DNA of 64,000 nt from Octopus bimaculoides (GCF_001194135.2 NC_068988.1:54260799-54324798), one strand, 5' to 3'. Positions 37,010-50,449 are shown, numbered from the stretch's first letter. A program made the numbers and translations. Notes: a model not told the origin generated them from the sequence alone.

Positions 37010-38396
37010 TACATATGCATGCACTCACACACACGCACACATACATGTGCATGTATTTATGTATGTGCACACATACATAATCACAGACACATATACACAT
37101 ACAGATTGGGGGTAGATGTAGACTTGCCCACCACACATGGCTTATTGCCTACCAATAATTCTGTCACTGAGTGTAGCTTAAGTGAAATGGAACAAATCAG
37201 TGATGATAACCAGAGAAAGACTCAGCATCAAAGTGATGCTTTTATTCCTGCTGATTTAGAAATGAGTCAAGTGTGACTCTGCTAAAGAAAGGATAGAGAG
37301 ATAAGGAAACAGACTCGCAAATATCATGACTTTTAAGACAACCAATCTCTATATATCAGAGAAGAAAAGAAAAAAAAATACAAACTCCCTACATTTTTAT
37401 TTGTATTTATATCATATTTATATCATATTTATATTACTTTGCCTCTTATTTTTTTGAAAAAATATTTTCTTGTTCTGTCTATCCCCGCTTCCCACTATTA
37501 ACATATACATATGATAATAAACATATAAATAACATATGTTATATTTTATGCATGGGTTAGATAATTCTTTAAATTTAGATATTTGCACATTAATTCTTTG
37601 AGAAAGTGTTTTTACAGCTGGTTGTTTTTTTTTGTTTTACTGCTCAGCTGTGAAATTTTCAAAATAGTTGACACCTAATTTTCAGCTTCATTTCTTGTGC
37701 AAGGTTGAATAATGCTGACTTTCCTAAAAGTACAATACATCATTTTATTCACTAATTAATTATATATTTTCCTTTTTCAAAAATACCGATGTAATTAAGA
37801 TTTATGAGTTGGAAATGTTTATTTTTGTTTTAAGTTTAATATATTTTTAAAACCATACTTGATGGGAAAAAAAATGTGCAGGCATATTTGATGTACCCCA
37901 ATCTCTACTGAAGATATTCAGGAAAAAATACTCCTAGCGTATTAAAGTTTATGAGAGACCCAACATTGCATTTAGGACCCAGGGGGATGGTGTACCTTTT
38001 GAGGCATCTTTTGGCAGGGGAAAAGTGCTTCTTGTATTCCATTAAGTACAGTACTGATTATCTTACCTTATTGTCAAACAGAAAATGGTCACCATCTCAA
38101 ATATGTATATAAGTGTGTGTGTGCAGTAGCAGATGCAGGAGTGTAGCCCTGGTTGCCTGGGCAACACCCTTTCTAGCCAAGCTGACACCAAAAATATCAG
38201 AACTAAGGTTTATTACCAACAGTTTCACAGCATTACTGTTTCATATGCATATGGTCTGCTACAACAAAGTTAGAATACATAAAAATGGGTCCATTTGTTA
38301 TGAAGTGTGATTCCCACCTTATATAGTATATTTTTCAAAACTTTTGAGCAACACACAAAACAAAATCCTGGACACCCCGCCCCTATATGCGTATAC

Positions 38397-38454
<58 letters not shown>

Positions 38455-38703
38455 NNNNNNNNNNNNNNNNNNNNNNNNNNNNNNNNNNNNNNNNNNNNNN
38501 NNNNNNNNNNNNNNNNNNNNNNNNNNNNNNNNNNNNNNNNNNNNNNNNNNNNNNNNNNNNNNNNNNNNNNNNNNNNNNNNNNNNNNNNNNNNNNNNNNNN
38601 NNNNNNNNNNNNNNNNNNNNNNNNNNNNNNNNNNNNNNNNNNNNNNNNNNNNNNNNNNNNNNNNNNNNNNNNNNNNNNNNNNNNNNNNNNNNNNNNNNNN
38701 NNN

Positions 38704-38825
38704 AGAACTACATTAAGGGTATACGTGTCTGTGGAGTGCTCAGCCACTTGCATGTTAATTTCATGAGCAGGCTGTTCCGTTGATCGGATCAACTGGAACC
38801 CTCAACGTTGTTAGTGACCGAGTGC

Positions 38826-38832
<7 letters not shown>
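38704..38832 (+). mobile_element. SINE-C 3' part (5' part lost in gap)
   Basis: gtctgtggagtgctcagccacttgca...gaccgagtgccaac. Confidence 0.85.
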
Positions 38833-38877
<45 letters not shown>

Positions 38878-39878
38878 ATGGTCTTCAAAGGAATTTGAAA
38901 CAAATTGAATTGCACTATACTTTATATCAGTGATACTTATTCTTAACTTTTGTTGCTCAGTACCCCCTTTCAATTAATGGCATTTTAGAAACATCGCTAC
39001 TCCCTATTCTTTATAAAAGTACCCTCGAATATAACAGATTAGATTAATAAAACTGAAGTTAATTTTGTGTAGTAGTTTGCAATAACCATATTTTCTTATC
39101 CTATTCCAGCCAGTGTGTACCTTTTTATAGATATTTGTATGGGTTAGTGCAGTGTTTTCTATAGATGAGGGGTTATGCGAATTGAAAAGGTAGTGGACAA
39201 ATTGTCATGCTAGATAAAATTAAGATAGTTTTAAACCTATTAAAACTATCCCTATTTTTCAACTCTGCTCCGGTATCCTGCCTTCAACTATTTTTAAGAC
39301 ATCCTCTCTTCTGCCCCCTTTGTAGGCCATATGTTTTCCTGAGGGAAGCCTCCCCCCACCTCTCCCAGGGTTTGTTGGTTTTGAATTGTTGATGCTTTAA
39401 TGGCTTTGCTTTCGTTTTAGATAGTGGTTTGGGCTCTATACAAACCCATTTTCCCCTCTGGGAAAGGGTGGGTCATATTAGTCTGGCCTCTGTCCCTTTG
39501 ACCTACCCAACATGTGAGATTCCACCAGGAGCTTGCACTCCACTGGGTTACTGAGGCACAAAAGATACCATACTGCAGCATGTACTGAATCTTGAGGAGA
39601 ATAGTTGACAATATATAACTATATTATTTACAATGTGTGTTTATACTGTTTATGATGTGTGGCTATGTTATTTACAATGTGTACGGCAGTGAGCCAACAG
39701 AATTGTTAGCACACCAGACAAAATGCTTGGCTGCATTTCTCATCTGTCTTTAAGTTCTAAATTCAAAGACCTTTACCTTTCATCCTTTTGGAGTCGATAA
39801 AATAAATACCAGTTGAGCACTGGGGTCAATGTAATCAATTACCCACTTCCCCAAAATGCCAGGCCTTGTACCTATAGT

Positions 39879-40184
39879 TGTTGTTTGTTCCTTCTTGAGT
39901 TATGCTTGGCTCATAAGGGCCAGTTTCCCAGTTTCGTTGGTGTATAGGCTCCTCATCTGGATGGGACATCAGTCCATCACAGGTGAGCTGCTAGGTGCAA
40001 GAGGAAAAAGTGAGAAAACGTTGTGGTGAAAGAGTCAGTAGAAGTTTGCCATTGCCTTCTGCTTGAGCCGCGTGGAGCTTAGGTGTTTCACTCATAAACA
40101 CACGCATCACCCGATCTGAGATTCGAACCCACGATCCCTTGACCGTGAGACCACTGCTCTAACCACTAGACCATGTGCTTCCAC
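39879..40184 (-). mobile_element. SINE with H1 head and V-like tail
   Basis: Minus strand: tggtctagtggttagagc...gaaacacctaagctccacg...cctgtgatggactgatgtcccatccag...aacaacaac. Confidence 0.8.
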
Positions 40185-40196
40185 TGTGCCTATAGT

Positions 40197-40443
40197 GGTT
40201 AGTCCAAATTACTCTATAAGGAGAATAAGTCCAGTTTCCTGGTTTCTCTGGTGCATATAAATTCCTTCCTGGATGAGATGCTGGTCCATCACAGGGTTAC
40301 TCATTTACAGCTGCGTGGACTGAAACGACATGTAATAAAGCATTTCGCTCAAGAACATAACCTGCTACCTGATCTGGGAATCAAACTCACCACCTAGCAT
40401 TTGTGAGTGCAACACACTAACTACTAAGCCATGCACCTTCACT
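40197..40443 (-). mobile_element. SINE-V (H2 head, V-like tail)
   Basis: Minus strand: tggcttagtagttag...ttcttgagcgaaatgc...ccctgtgatggacc. Confidence 0.75.
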
Positions 40444-41160
40444 TGTGCCTCTTGTAGAAAGAATTATCTACAATGTGTGATTATATTGTGTATGATGTGT
40501 AGCTATATTGTCTATGATGTGTGACTATATTGGTTGCAATGTATTACTCTATTGTTTATGATGTGTGGCCATATCATTTGCAAAGAATGTCTGTATTGTT
40601 TGATGCAGTTCTTGATTTCACTGTCGTGTGTCACACAAGTACAGCTTTCATTGGAGTAAATCAAACTGTTATTTGTTATGTATCCTGCTATCCTAATTAT
40701 TTGAAAGTTTATAGTAGATTTTATACGATTAACTGCCCTCTGTCTTGTTCTAATTTATTTTCCGTTATATTTTTTTCTCAATTTAGGACATTTTAGTTTG
40801 AATTTTTATAATCGCTGTATATGGTATTGGATTATGTTAAACCCAAAACCAATATCATGTATAAGAGTAGTTGTGGAAGTAAAAGGATGAGAAGAGAGAA
40901 TATGAGAGAGAGAGGGGGGGAAGGGAGGGAGAGAGAGAGATATGTGAGGTTTCATAGAAGAGGAGAAACTCTGCACCATCAAACCGATGTCAGTTGCACA
41001 CCAACCAGTTTACCAAATATCCACCCAGCATGCAGCTTTGCAGCCATTGTCATGTTATAGTCCCACTATTATAATGATTCATCATATACATGTATGTATG
41101 TATATGAATATATATGTACATGTATATATGTATATGTATACATATATATGTATGTATGTT

Positions 41161-41256
<96 letters not shown>

Positions 41257-41784
41257 TATAAGTTCGTTTGTTTGTAAGTATTTAGGTATATATATAACCC
41301 ACCTGTTTGTGACAGAAATATGTATGTCAGATAACTCACAAGGAAATAACATTCTAGTTCACCAGCTAACAGCTCAGTACAGCAACAAGATATATTCTGA
41401 GGTATGTTCCTGTAGGGGTGGACTGCTGGCTGTGAAAGTTGTATCATTTATGTATCATTTTTCTCTCTTGCATTTTGTTTTTACAGCTCTAATGCTGTTG
41501 CTTTTGCTTTCGTTTTTATTCTCTTCACTAAGCATGGGGCTGGATAGTTCTGCAAATTTGGATATTTTGTCGTATAAATTTTGGAAATAGCAACAGATTT
41601 TCTTTCTGTCCGACTTTCTTTTGCTTTTTATTTATTGACATGTCTCTTTCTCATTGTATCAACATCTTCATATGGTTGTTGCTGTTACAACACCTACTCA
41701 ACTACGAAGTTCCTGCAGTTCTTATTTGACAGCTAAATCGAGTTAATCTGTTATTCCGTATAAAATAGGGAAGGTTCCTGGCTT

Positions 41785-42030
41785 AGTGGTTACAGTTTTT
41801 GGTTCATTATCATACAGTCGTAAGTTCAATTTCCACTGGCACCTTGTGTCCTTGAGCAAGACACTTTATTTCATGTTCTTCCATTTCACTCAGCTGGCAA
41901 AGCTGAGTTGTAACCAGTAATTCAAAGGGTCAGCATTGTCACATTCTGTGTCACGCTGAATCTCCCTGAGAACTATGTTAAGGGTACATGGGTCTGTGGA
42001 GTGCTCAGCCACTTGCACGTTAATGTCACA
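41785..42030 (+). mobile_element. SINE-C with H2 head, 3'-truncated
   Basis: tggcttagtggtt...gtgtccttgagcaagacactttatttc...gtggagtgctcagccac. Confidence 0.8.
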
Positions 42031-42034
42031 ATGG

Positions 42035-42290
42035 TACCTATTGACTGGCTCCCGTGCTGGTGGCACATAAAAAGTACCATCCAAACGTGGCTGATGCCAG
42101 TACCCACTGACTGGCCACCGTGCCAGTGGAACATAAAAAAGCAGTATTCAAATGTGATCGATGCCAGGCCCACCTGACTGGCTCTTGTGCCGGTGGCATG
42201 TAAAAAGCACCCACTACACTCTTGGAGTGGTTGGCATTAGGAAAGGCATCCAGCTGTAGAAACATTGCCAGATCAGATTGGAGCCTGTAT
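42035..42290 (+). mobile_element. RTE 3' UTR with internal repeats
   Basis: Three gactggc...gtg.tggca..taaaaa units, then the tail motif. Confidence 0.75.
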
Positions 42291-42301
42291 ATATGTATGT
42301 G

Positions 42302-42356
<55 letters not shown>

Positions 42357-42358
<2 letters not shown>

Positions 42359-42736
42359 AGATGCAATGGCCCAGTGGTTAGGGCAATGGACTCACAGTCA
42401 TAGGATTGCAGTTTTGATTCCCAGACTGGGTGTTGTGAGTATTTATTGAGCCAAAACATCTAAAGCTCCATGAGGCTCCAGTAGGGGGGTAGTAGTAAAC
42501 CCTGCTGTACTCTTTCACCACAACTTTCTCTCACTCTTACTTCCTGTTTCTGTTGTGCCTGTAATTCAACGGGTCAGCCTTGTCACAATGTGTCACGCTG
42601 AATATCTCCGAGAACTACGTTAAAGGTACACATGTCTGTGGAGTGCTCAGCCACTTGCACATTAATTTCACAAGCAGGTTGTTCTGTTGATCAGTTCAAC
42701 TGGAACCCTCATCGCCATAACTGATAGAGTGCCATG
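42357..42736 (+). mobile_element. SINE-C with H1 head, full-length
   Basis: tggcccagtggttaggg (A box), gttttgattcc (B box), tail tagagtgcca. Confidence 0.9.
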
Positions 42737-43611
42737 NNNNNNNNNNNNNNNNNNNNNNNNNNNNNNNNNNNNNNNNNNNNNNNNNNNNNNNNNNNNNNNN
42801 NNNNNNNNNNNNNNNNNNNNNNNNNNNNNNNNNNNNNNNNNNNNNNNNNNNNNNNNNNNNNNNNNNNNNNNNNNNNNNNNNNNNNNNNNNNNNNNNNNNN
42901 NNNNNNNNNNNNNNNNNNNNNNNNNNNNNNNNNNNNNNNNNNNNNNNNNNNNNNNNNNNNNNNNNNNNNNNNNNNNNNNNNNNNNNNNNNNNNNNNNNNN
43001 NNNNNNNNNNNNNNNNNNNNNNNNNNNNNNNNNNNNNNNNNNNNNNNNNNNNNNNNNNNNNNNNNNNNNNNNNNNNNNNNNNNNNNNNNNNNNNNNNNNN
43101 NNNNNNNNNNNNNNNNNNNNNNNNNNNNNNNNNNNNNNACTTCTACTACTTCTGAGTCTGGCCATATCATTAGTGGTGTGTAGCTATATCATTTGCAATG
43201 TACACAGCAAAATGTATTGTTTGTGGAGTAGTTATATATATATATATATATATATATATACTGCACATCACAATATAGATATACATCATAGCCAACAATG
43301 TGTCAATCATGCATCTAAAAATCTTTCATAGATAGAGTCTTTCATTGAATATGATGGCTTCAGGAACAATATATAATTTCGTGGAGGAGGAGGAGGAGGA
43401 GGAGGAGGAGAGAGAGGGGGAGGAGGAGTGGACATTAATCATCGACATTAAGAACATTATACAACGTCTCTGGTCTATTTATTGCTGAGCTAGCTGGTTG
43501 TACCAGTACCTTATCAACTTAGATATCTACATTTGCAGTTATACACACATACAAAAAAGAAACAAGCAGACACACACACACACGCACACACATTTACACA
43601 TACACATATTT

Positions 43612-43612
43612 A

Positions 43613-43645
<33 letters not shown>

Positions 43646-43865
43646 TTTACATCTGTTTCCCATGCTGGCATGAATCAGATGAGTTGTCGCAGTCCAAATC
43701 AGTTCTTATTTGAAGTTACTGCACTTGTCGATAGGTCAGGGACTACATTTTGCTCACAGTTTTCATTTTTGGCACGTTTTCTCTGGCTCGATGCCCTTTC
43801 TAATGCAATCATTCTGCAGAGTGTACTGCGTGCAGTTTTTTTTTGTGTCTTAACCTCTGCAAAAC
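43612..43865 (-). mobile_element. RTE 3' tail, decayed
   Basis: (CAT)n then tttcccatgctggcatg...gatgccctttc. Confidence 0.65.
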
Positions 43866-44096
43866 AAAGGAGTCCTCAGTACACTACATTGCCTCTGTAT
43901 AATCACAGTGACATGATTGAAAGGGTAAATAAAGAGAGAGAAAGAACATGACAGAAGGAGAACCTGAGTGTGAGAGGGTGAAAAAAAGGGTGAATGTGAT
44001 GGGAGAAATAGTAGGATAGGTGTGGAAAGGATGGTAGAGGATGAGTAATGGAAGAGAGATTGTGATAGCAGCTACATGTCTGCACGTGAAAGGTAA

Positions 44097-44645
44097 AAAG
44101 TGAAGTTACAGTCTCGAGTCATACCGACCCATAGGGGACAGTTTCCCACTTTCCATGACGTATAAATTCCCCACCTGGACAGGACACCAGTCCATCACAG
44201 GGTTACTCATTTCTGCTAGCTGAGTGAACTGGAACAATGTGAAATGATGATGATGATGATGATGATGATGATGGTGATGGTGATGATGATGAAATTATTG
44301 TGTATAGTGCTCAGGTGCACTACAACTCATCAAAAGTGCATATAGAGTACACAGAATTATGTACAAGAGTCAGAAAATTGAACAGTGTTAGAGTCATGAT
44401 ATACATGTGTGCATATGTATGGAGGTGGCGATATCAGGTGCAGTGTTGGTGAATTTCGAATGGAGGTTTTAAAGGATACTATGTCTCAGCAGCTAACAAC
44501 TGATGCAGGTAGTTTGTTCCATGTTTCATGCTTCATGCTTGAAGTGCTTTGCTCAAGAACACAACACGTCATGCGGTCCAAGAATTGAAACCAGTTTTAC
44601 AATCATGAGTCCAACACCCTAACCACTAAGTCACATGCCTCCACA
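44097..44645 (-). mobile_element. SINE-V interrupted by a CR1 fragment
   Basis: gtgaaatga at 44240-44247 resumes as tgaagtgctttgctcaagaacac at 44540. Confidence 0.75.
44248..44532 (-). mobile_element. CR1-type LINE 3' fragment with (CAT)n tail
   Basis: Minus translation TWNKLPASVVSC...SFKTS; 3' UTR homologous to 2030-2170. Confidence 0.8.
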
Positions 44646-45014
44646 TGTCTGCAGGTGAGAGGGCTGAATAGAAAAGCATGACTGGCTTGATGGAGGAAGA
44701 AAGAATGAAAGAGAGGGAGACTAATCAAAGGGAAAGAAAGTAACAGAAGTGTGATGAGAGGAAAAGAGAGAGAGAGGGGGAGAGAGAGGCTGATGAGAGA
44801 AAGAGTGATGTAGGGCAAGACGTAACGTGTGTGTGTTGGGGTGGGTGGGGGCATAGAGTGAACAGGCTGAGCAGCAATGAAAAAGCTGATGATAAGAGAA
44901 TGATGAATGTCAATATTGAAGGACCTGGAGAAAATGGTAGTGAATCTTTAGTCTTTGTTTAGTTTACTTTGAAGCCTCTTAATTCTTGGTATTGCTTCCA
45001 TGTCTAGAAATCTT

Positions 45015-45412
45015 CATGATCTTCAGTTGTTGAGTCTCATGAAGGTAATGACAAATGACGGAAACTTCTGGTGATTTGCTGTGCTTCAGAAGACACAACA
45101 AGCTAAGCGAAATCATGATCGTGGCCAGTGCCCGTGACATGTAAATGCTATCTGTGCTGGCGAAGTGCTGGAGACACATAATAAGCATTCATGCCAATGA
45201 CATATAAAAGACACCTAGTACATTTTGTAGAGTGGTTGGCATGAGGAAGGTCATCCAGCTGTAAAAAGCAAACCAAAACAGACAAGTGGAGCCTGGTGCA
45301 GCTCTCCTGGTTACCAGCTCTGACCAAATCAGGTAACCCATGTCAGCATGGAAAACAGACTTTAAATGATGATGATGATGATGATGATGATGATAATGAC
45401 GATGATGATGAT
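45015..45412 (+). mobile_element. RTE ORF end plus 3' UTR plus (GAT)n
   Basis: HDLQLLSLMKVMTN...AVL, then the family tail. Confidence 0.75.
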
Positions 45413-45867
45413 GTCTTTAGTATATAGGAGTTTTCATGAACAGCTGGCCTTAAACACTTCTGTTATGACCAGAAAGACTTGAAATATATAGAAGGGGGTT
45501 ACAAACAAAAGCTTAAAATGGGTCCCTACCTCCATGCTAAATTCATTGTTGATCTCCTTTCTAACTCTCACCCCTATACACGGTTTGCACAGCCTTTCTA
45601 TGCCAATCAGCTTTCCCTAGTTTCCTCTGAGTTCACCAGATTATACAGAAAAAAACCCTTACAATGTCTTTAACTGGGTTGACAAATGCTGGGTACAGCA
45701 ACTTATTTTTAGCTAAAGAGTTCTCCTGCAGTTAGTTGTCTCACTAGTTAGAGGTCAACAATAGTGTCTGTTCCTGGCAGAAAGCCCAACTGCATCTCAT
45801 CTAGTCTAATTTTCTTTCTAATCAATTGTGCTATAACTTTTCCAATAACTTTTAAACCCTCTGTATA

Positions 45868-45903
<36 letters not shown>

Positions 45904-46006
45904 AGTTGAGCCATAACTTTTTCAATAACTTTTAAAGCCTAAGTGTGTGTGTATCTGTGTATCTGTGTGTATATATGTATGTATATGTGTGTGTGTATCT
46001 GTGTGC

Positions 46007-46040
<34 letters not shown>

Positions 46041-46191
46041 GCACACACATACATGTATTTATACATGTATACACACACACATATAGGTATATACACACAT
46101 ACATACATGAAAATATGTATATATATATAGGTATATGCACACATACATACATGCACACATACACACACATATATATAAAATATATATATAC

Positions 46192-46222
<31 letters not shown>

Positions 46223-46322
46223 GATAAAGATATATATATACATATATAGATATATATATATTTTTTATACATATACATGGCCACATGCAAACATCTATAT
46301 TTATGTGTGTGTGTATGTATAC

Positions 46323-46384
<62 letters not shown>

Positions 46385-46663
46385 GTATGTATGTGTGTGT
46401 ATACATACATACATACATACACTATACACATAATTATCCACCTATCTATGAGTATTAGTAATTCTATGCTAGCATGTGTATGCATGTATTGATGGATATG
46501 TATATACGTATTAAATATTTGCATGTGTGAGTGTATATATTCAAGTATTATGTGAGTTTTCTCCGTGACTCTGTATGTTTATGGCCATGTGTGTCTACAT
46601 GCGTGAGCATATATCTTTTCATATTTGTGTGATGCATGTGTGTGTGAATGTGAGTATGTGTAT

Positions 46664-46718
<55 letters not shown>

Positions 46719-47317
46719 GTTGATATGCCTATTGCTGTGTAACTTTATATATCTCTGTTTGTGCAGCAGAGACAGTTCTGTGTATCAGCCTATATGTCTC
46801 TGCATCTCTCTGTCTCACTCTCTCCATCAATATTGACATATAGAGATTGATTGATGGTCCTCTCCTCTCTCTCCTCATTATATCAAACATTTATGTTATA
46901 AATATCTTGTCTATAACAATATATTAACGGAAGTGAGATTGGGTGATGATTAGGCAGAAACTGTGGAACAGTAAAACACCAGACTAGTTGCCTTATAGTG
47001 TGTGCTTTTCATTTCCCTACACTGGTTTTTCTGAAAGTGGGCATCAAGGAATTCCATGGTTTCACATAAAAATTCTGGTGTTCTGCAGGATAAGGTGACT
47101 ATTAATAACATTTAATAAAAATTTCTTTTACAAGAATTAGTGTTCATCATTTTCTAAATAATAAGTTATGTGCTTGTATCTCAACCAGAGTAACAGATGT
47201 GGTTATACATCACAGGTCAAAATGCACTTCTTTGCATTGTTATACTTTTCACATAATGCCATCCCAGTTCTTCCTGAATTAGAACACCAGTCTGTTACAG
47301 GGTTACTCATTTACATC

Positions 47318-47537
47318 TACAAGGGGATGCTGAGAAGTTCCTGGTTTTTAGGGTATTGCAGAAGGCTTGGCTGGAAGTCCAACCTTCCAAGTTCTTTTAC
47401 AAGGCTTAGAAAACCTGAAGGACTGCTCCAATAAGTGTGTGAATCTGAGAGGGGAATATGTTGAATAAAATCATTATCAACTGATCCTCCTGTATTTTCT
47501 TTTACCCAAAACCAGGAACTTTTCAGCACCCCTCATA
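47318..47537 (+). mobile_element. Mariner deletion derivative, copy 1 (inside SINE-V 47255-47895)
   Basis: TA-flanked TIRs caaggggatgctgagaagttcctgg / ccaggaacttttcagcacccctca. Confidence 0.85.
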
Positions 47538-47555
47538 TATATACATATATATGTA

Positions 47556-47776
47556 AATGAGGGGGTGCTGGAAGTTTCATGGCTTTAAGGGTATCACAAA
47601 AGGCCTGGTTGGAAGCCCAACTTTCCAAGTTCTTTTACAGCATTTAGAAAACTTGAAGGACTGCTGCAATAAATGTGTGAATCTGGGAGGGAAATATGTT
47701 CAATAAAATCATAATTAACTAATCCTCCTGTATTTTCTTTTATCCAAAGCTGGGAACTTTTCAGCACAGCCTCTTA
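47556..47776 (+). mobile_element. Mariner deletion derivative, copy 2
   Basis: Encodes LENLKDCCNKCVNLGGKYVQ*, resembling the mariner C-terminus L..RW.KC....G.Y.E*. Confidence 0.85.
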
Positions 47777-48054
47777 AGTGGACTACAGCAATATGAAATG
47801 AAGTGTTTTGTTGAAGAACACAATGCACAGCCAGTCTGAGAATCAAAACCATGATTTTTCTGATTGTCAGCATAATGTCCCAAACTATCAGGCCACATTC
47901 CTTCACACACACACACACACATACAAATAAATATATATTCTCTTTGTTTTTTAACTTGCTTTGGCCATTGGACTGCAGCCATGCTGAAGTACCACATTGA
48001 AAGAATTGGTATATTACTATTACAGGAAATAAGTAAAAATAAAAAGGAAGACTC

Positions 48055-48230
48055 CAATGTCTACACTCTCTGAGTGGTTGGCGTTAGGAAGGGCATCCAG
48101 CTGTAGAAACTCTGCCAAATCAGACTGGAGCCTGGTGTTGCCATCCGGTTTCACCAGTCCTCAGTCAAATCGTCCAACCCATGCTAGCATGGAAAGCGGA
48201 CGTTAAACGATGATGATGATGATGATGATG
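48055..48230 (+). mobile_element. RTE 3' tail, young subfamily
   Basis: CpG-intact tail ending ggaaagcggacgttaaacgatgatg. Confidence 0.88.
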
Positions 48231-48489
48231 ACTCCAATGAAACTAGTGGAGATCTGTATTGGCAAAAATTATTTAGTGTTGACTGTAAATTTAGGCAAGC
48301 TTTTCTGCCTTGGGGAAAAGAAAATACTACAGTTGACCTCTTGTCAACAAATTTGTATAATCTATGAATTTCGTATATTATTACTGGAGTTTAGTTTAAA
48401 ATGGCTTGGGTTGCTAAATGTATGACATCCATGCTTTATAGCAGAGATCAGGGAACATTTTTAACCAGTTACTCCGAGTTATATTTATT

Positions 48490-48534
<45 letters not shown>

Positions 48535-50449
48535 NNNNNNNNNNATTTTACGTACAAACTCACACATAAAAGCAACACCATATACATATTCCTATATACA
48601 AAAATGTGCGTATAACATACACAACTCATACAAATATATGTATATACAAAGACAAACTAATCCATGCACACACACATGCACACACACACACACACACACA
48701 CGCATGCATGCACACAAAGATACACAAATGTACACACAAACACAAAGATACACATACGTACAAACACACATATGTAAGCATCTTCACAAATACAAAATAT
48801 ATATATACATACACATGTCTGATGAACTGAAAATAACCATGAACAATGAATCACGTCATATTTACATAACAGACACTTCCCTACCCACACCAGCTATTTC
48901 ATGGTCGCCATTTGTATTTTTCTTTTCATCATTTCTATTTCTTAAACCACAATAAAATCTGAAAGAAGCATTATTTCAAGGACAAAAATGGATGAAAGTT
49001 GCTTATTTTATCATGAAGTGTGATGGGATTGTGTTAAAATACAATATTAAAAAAATGAAAAGGAAGGAGACCATCTTTTATTCTAAATTTTTAATTCGAA
49101 ATGGACAGTTATCCATCAGTTGCATTGTCTTTAAGACACCATGATGGTTTATAGTCAATTACTTAAAGCTTGTACATTTCTGTTAAAATCAAAATCTATG
49201 ATGGAAAATATGATTTTAGCTTCTTGTTTAAACACAACAAATAGGGTGTTACGTTATATTTAAACTCGTTCTACATTTCTTTTTCTCAATTCCATCTTCT
49301 GTTCATCTCTCAGCTTAATTTCTCGTTTTCCCTTTTATTTTTGTTACTTTTTGTTTTATATTTTCTCCTATATTTTATCATAATTTTTATGTATTTTATT
49401 TCATCTTCTTCTCTTCTAAAAACAATTTTTTTAAAATTTGTATGTGCTTATATTTTCCTACTCTACCTTTCCTTCCTTCTGTTCTTTTCCTTTTACTTTC
49501 ATTATTTGTTCACCAGATCAACAAGTTTCTCACACCAATTGTCAGTAGAATTTCTGGTCCCATGAAACCCTCCACCTGAACTGAACTTCAAGGTGGGATT
49601 TTTGGCTGATATGTCTATTAACTTGCCTTGCTTTGGGCTCTCAACACCTTAATGGAATTGTAGGGGGTCTTGTCATGACATATACCATAGGCAGTTTATT
49701 TTAGACCTGGTGGAATCTACCCTCTCCAGATCTGATCTGATTGTAGTTGATTTCTTTGAAGAATCGAAATAGACAGAAATAACAACAACAAACTAGTGAG
49801 AAAAAGAGAAGAACCAACCCCAGTATGGGACTGGTATTTTATTTATCAATCTTGAAAGGATGAAAGGTAAAGTTAACTTGGGCAGTTTCTGAACTCAGAA
49901 TGTAAAAACCAAGACAAATACTGCAAAGCATTTTCATGAATGCCCTAATGATTCTGTTAACATGGTATCCTCAACAATAGTAATTTCTGATTTAAACACT
50001 AAACTAGAAAATATGTGGGCAAGAGGCTCAGTAGGATCTGAACTCAGAACACAAAGCGCAAGTCAAGGTGTAGAGAACAATTTCTGCAAAGCAATTGGTC
50101 TGTTGGTCTTATGACTCTGCTAATTGGTTGTTGGGATGTAAGTGGTATAAATAATTATAAATATTTCCAAAAGCAGCAAGGAACTAATTAGAGCCACTGC
50201 TTAGCTCTGGCATTTAGTGAATCAATGTTAAATCTTTTCCGGGACAAATAACATGCTTAGATTATCTTGATTATCTTTCTGGAACAGCTTAGAGATCTGA
50301 TATATATANNNNNNNNNNNNGTGGTCATCCCTCTTGTATGTATGTAATATAATTTTTATGAATCTTCAGATTTTTCAATATGCTAGGCCACTGGTTTTAA
50401 ATTGATGTTAATTAAATTAATACTCAATTTTTTACCCTTATTATTTAAA

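Larger units (their letters stand above)
39683..40468 (+). mobile_element. SINE-B host with two SINEs inserted in its tail
   Basis: Tail motif tgtgcctatagt present three times (39867, 40185, 40444); outer flanks share tacaatgtgt. Confidence 0.75.
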
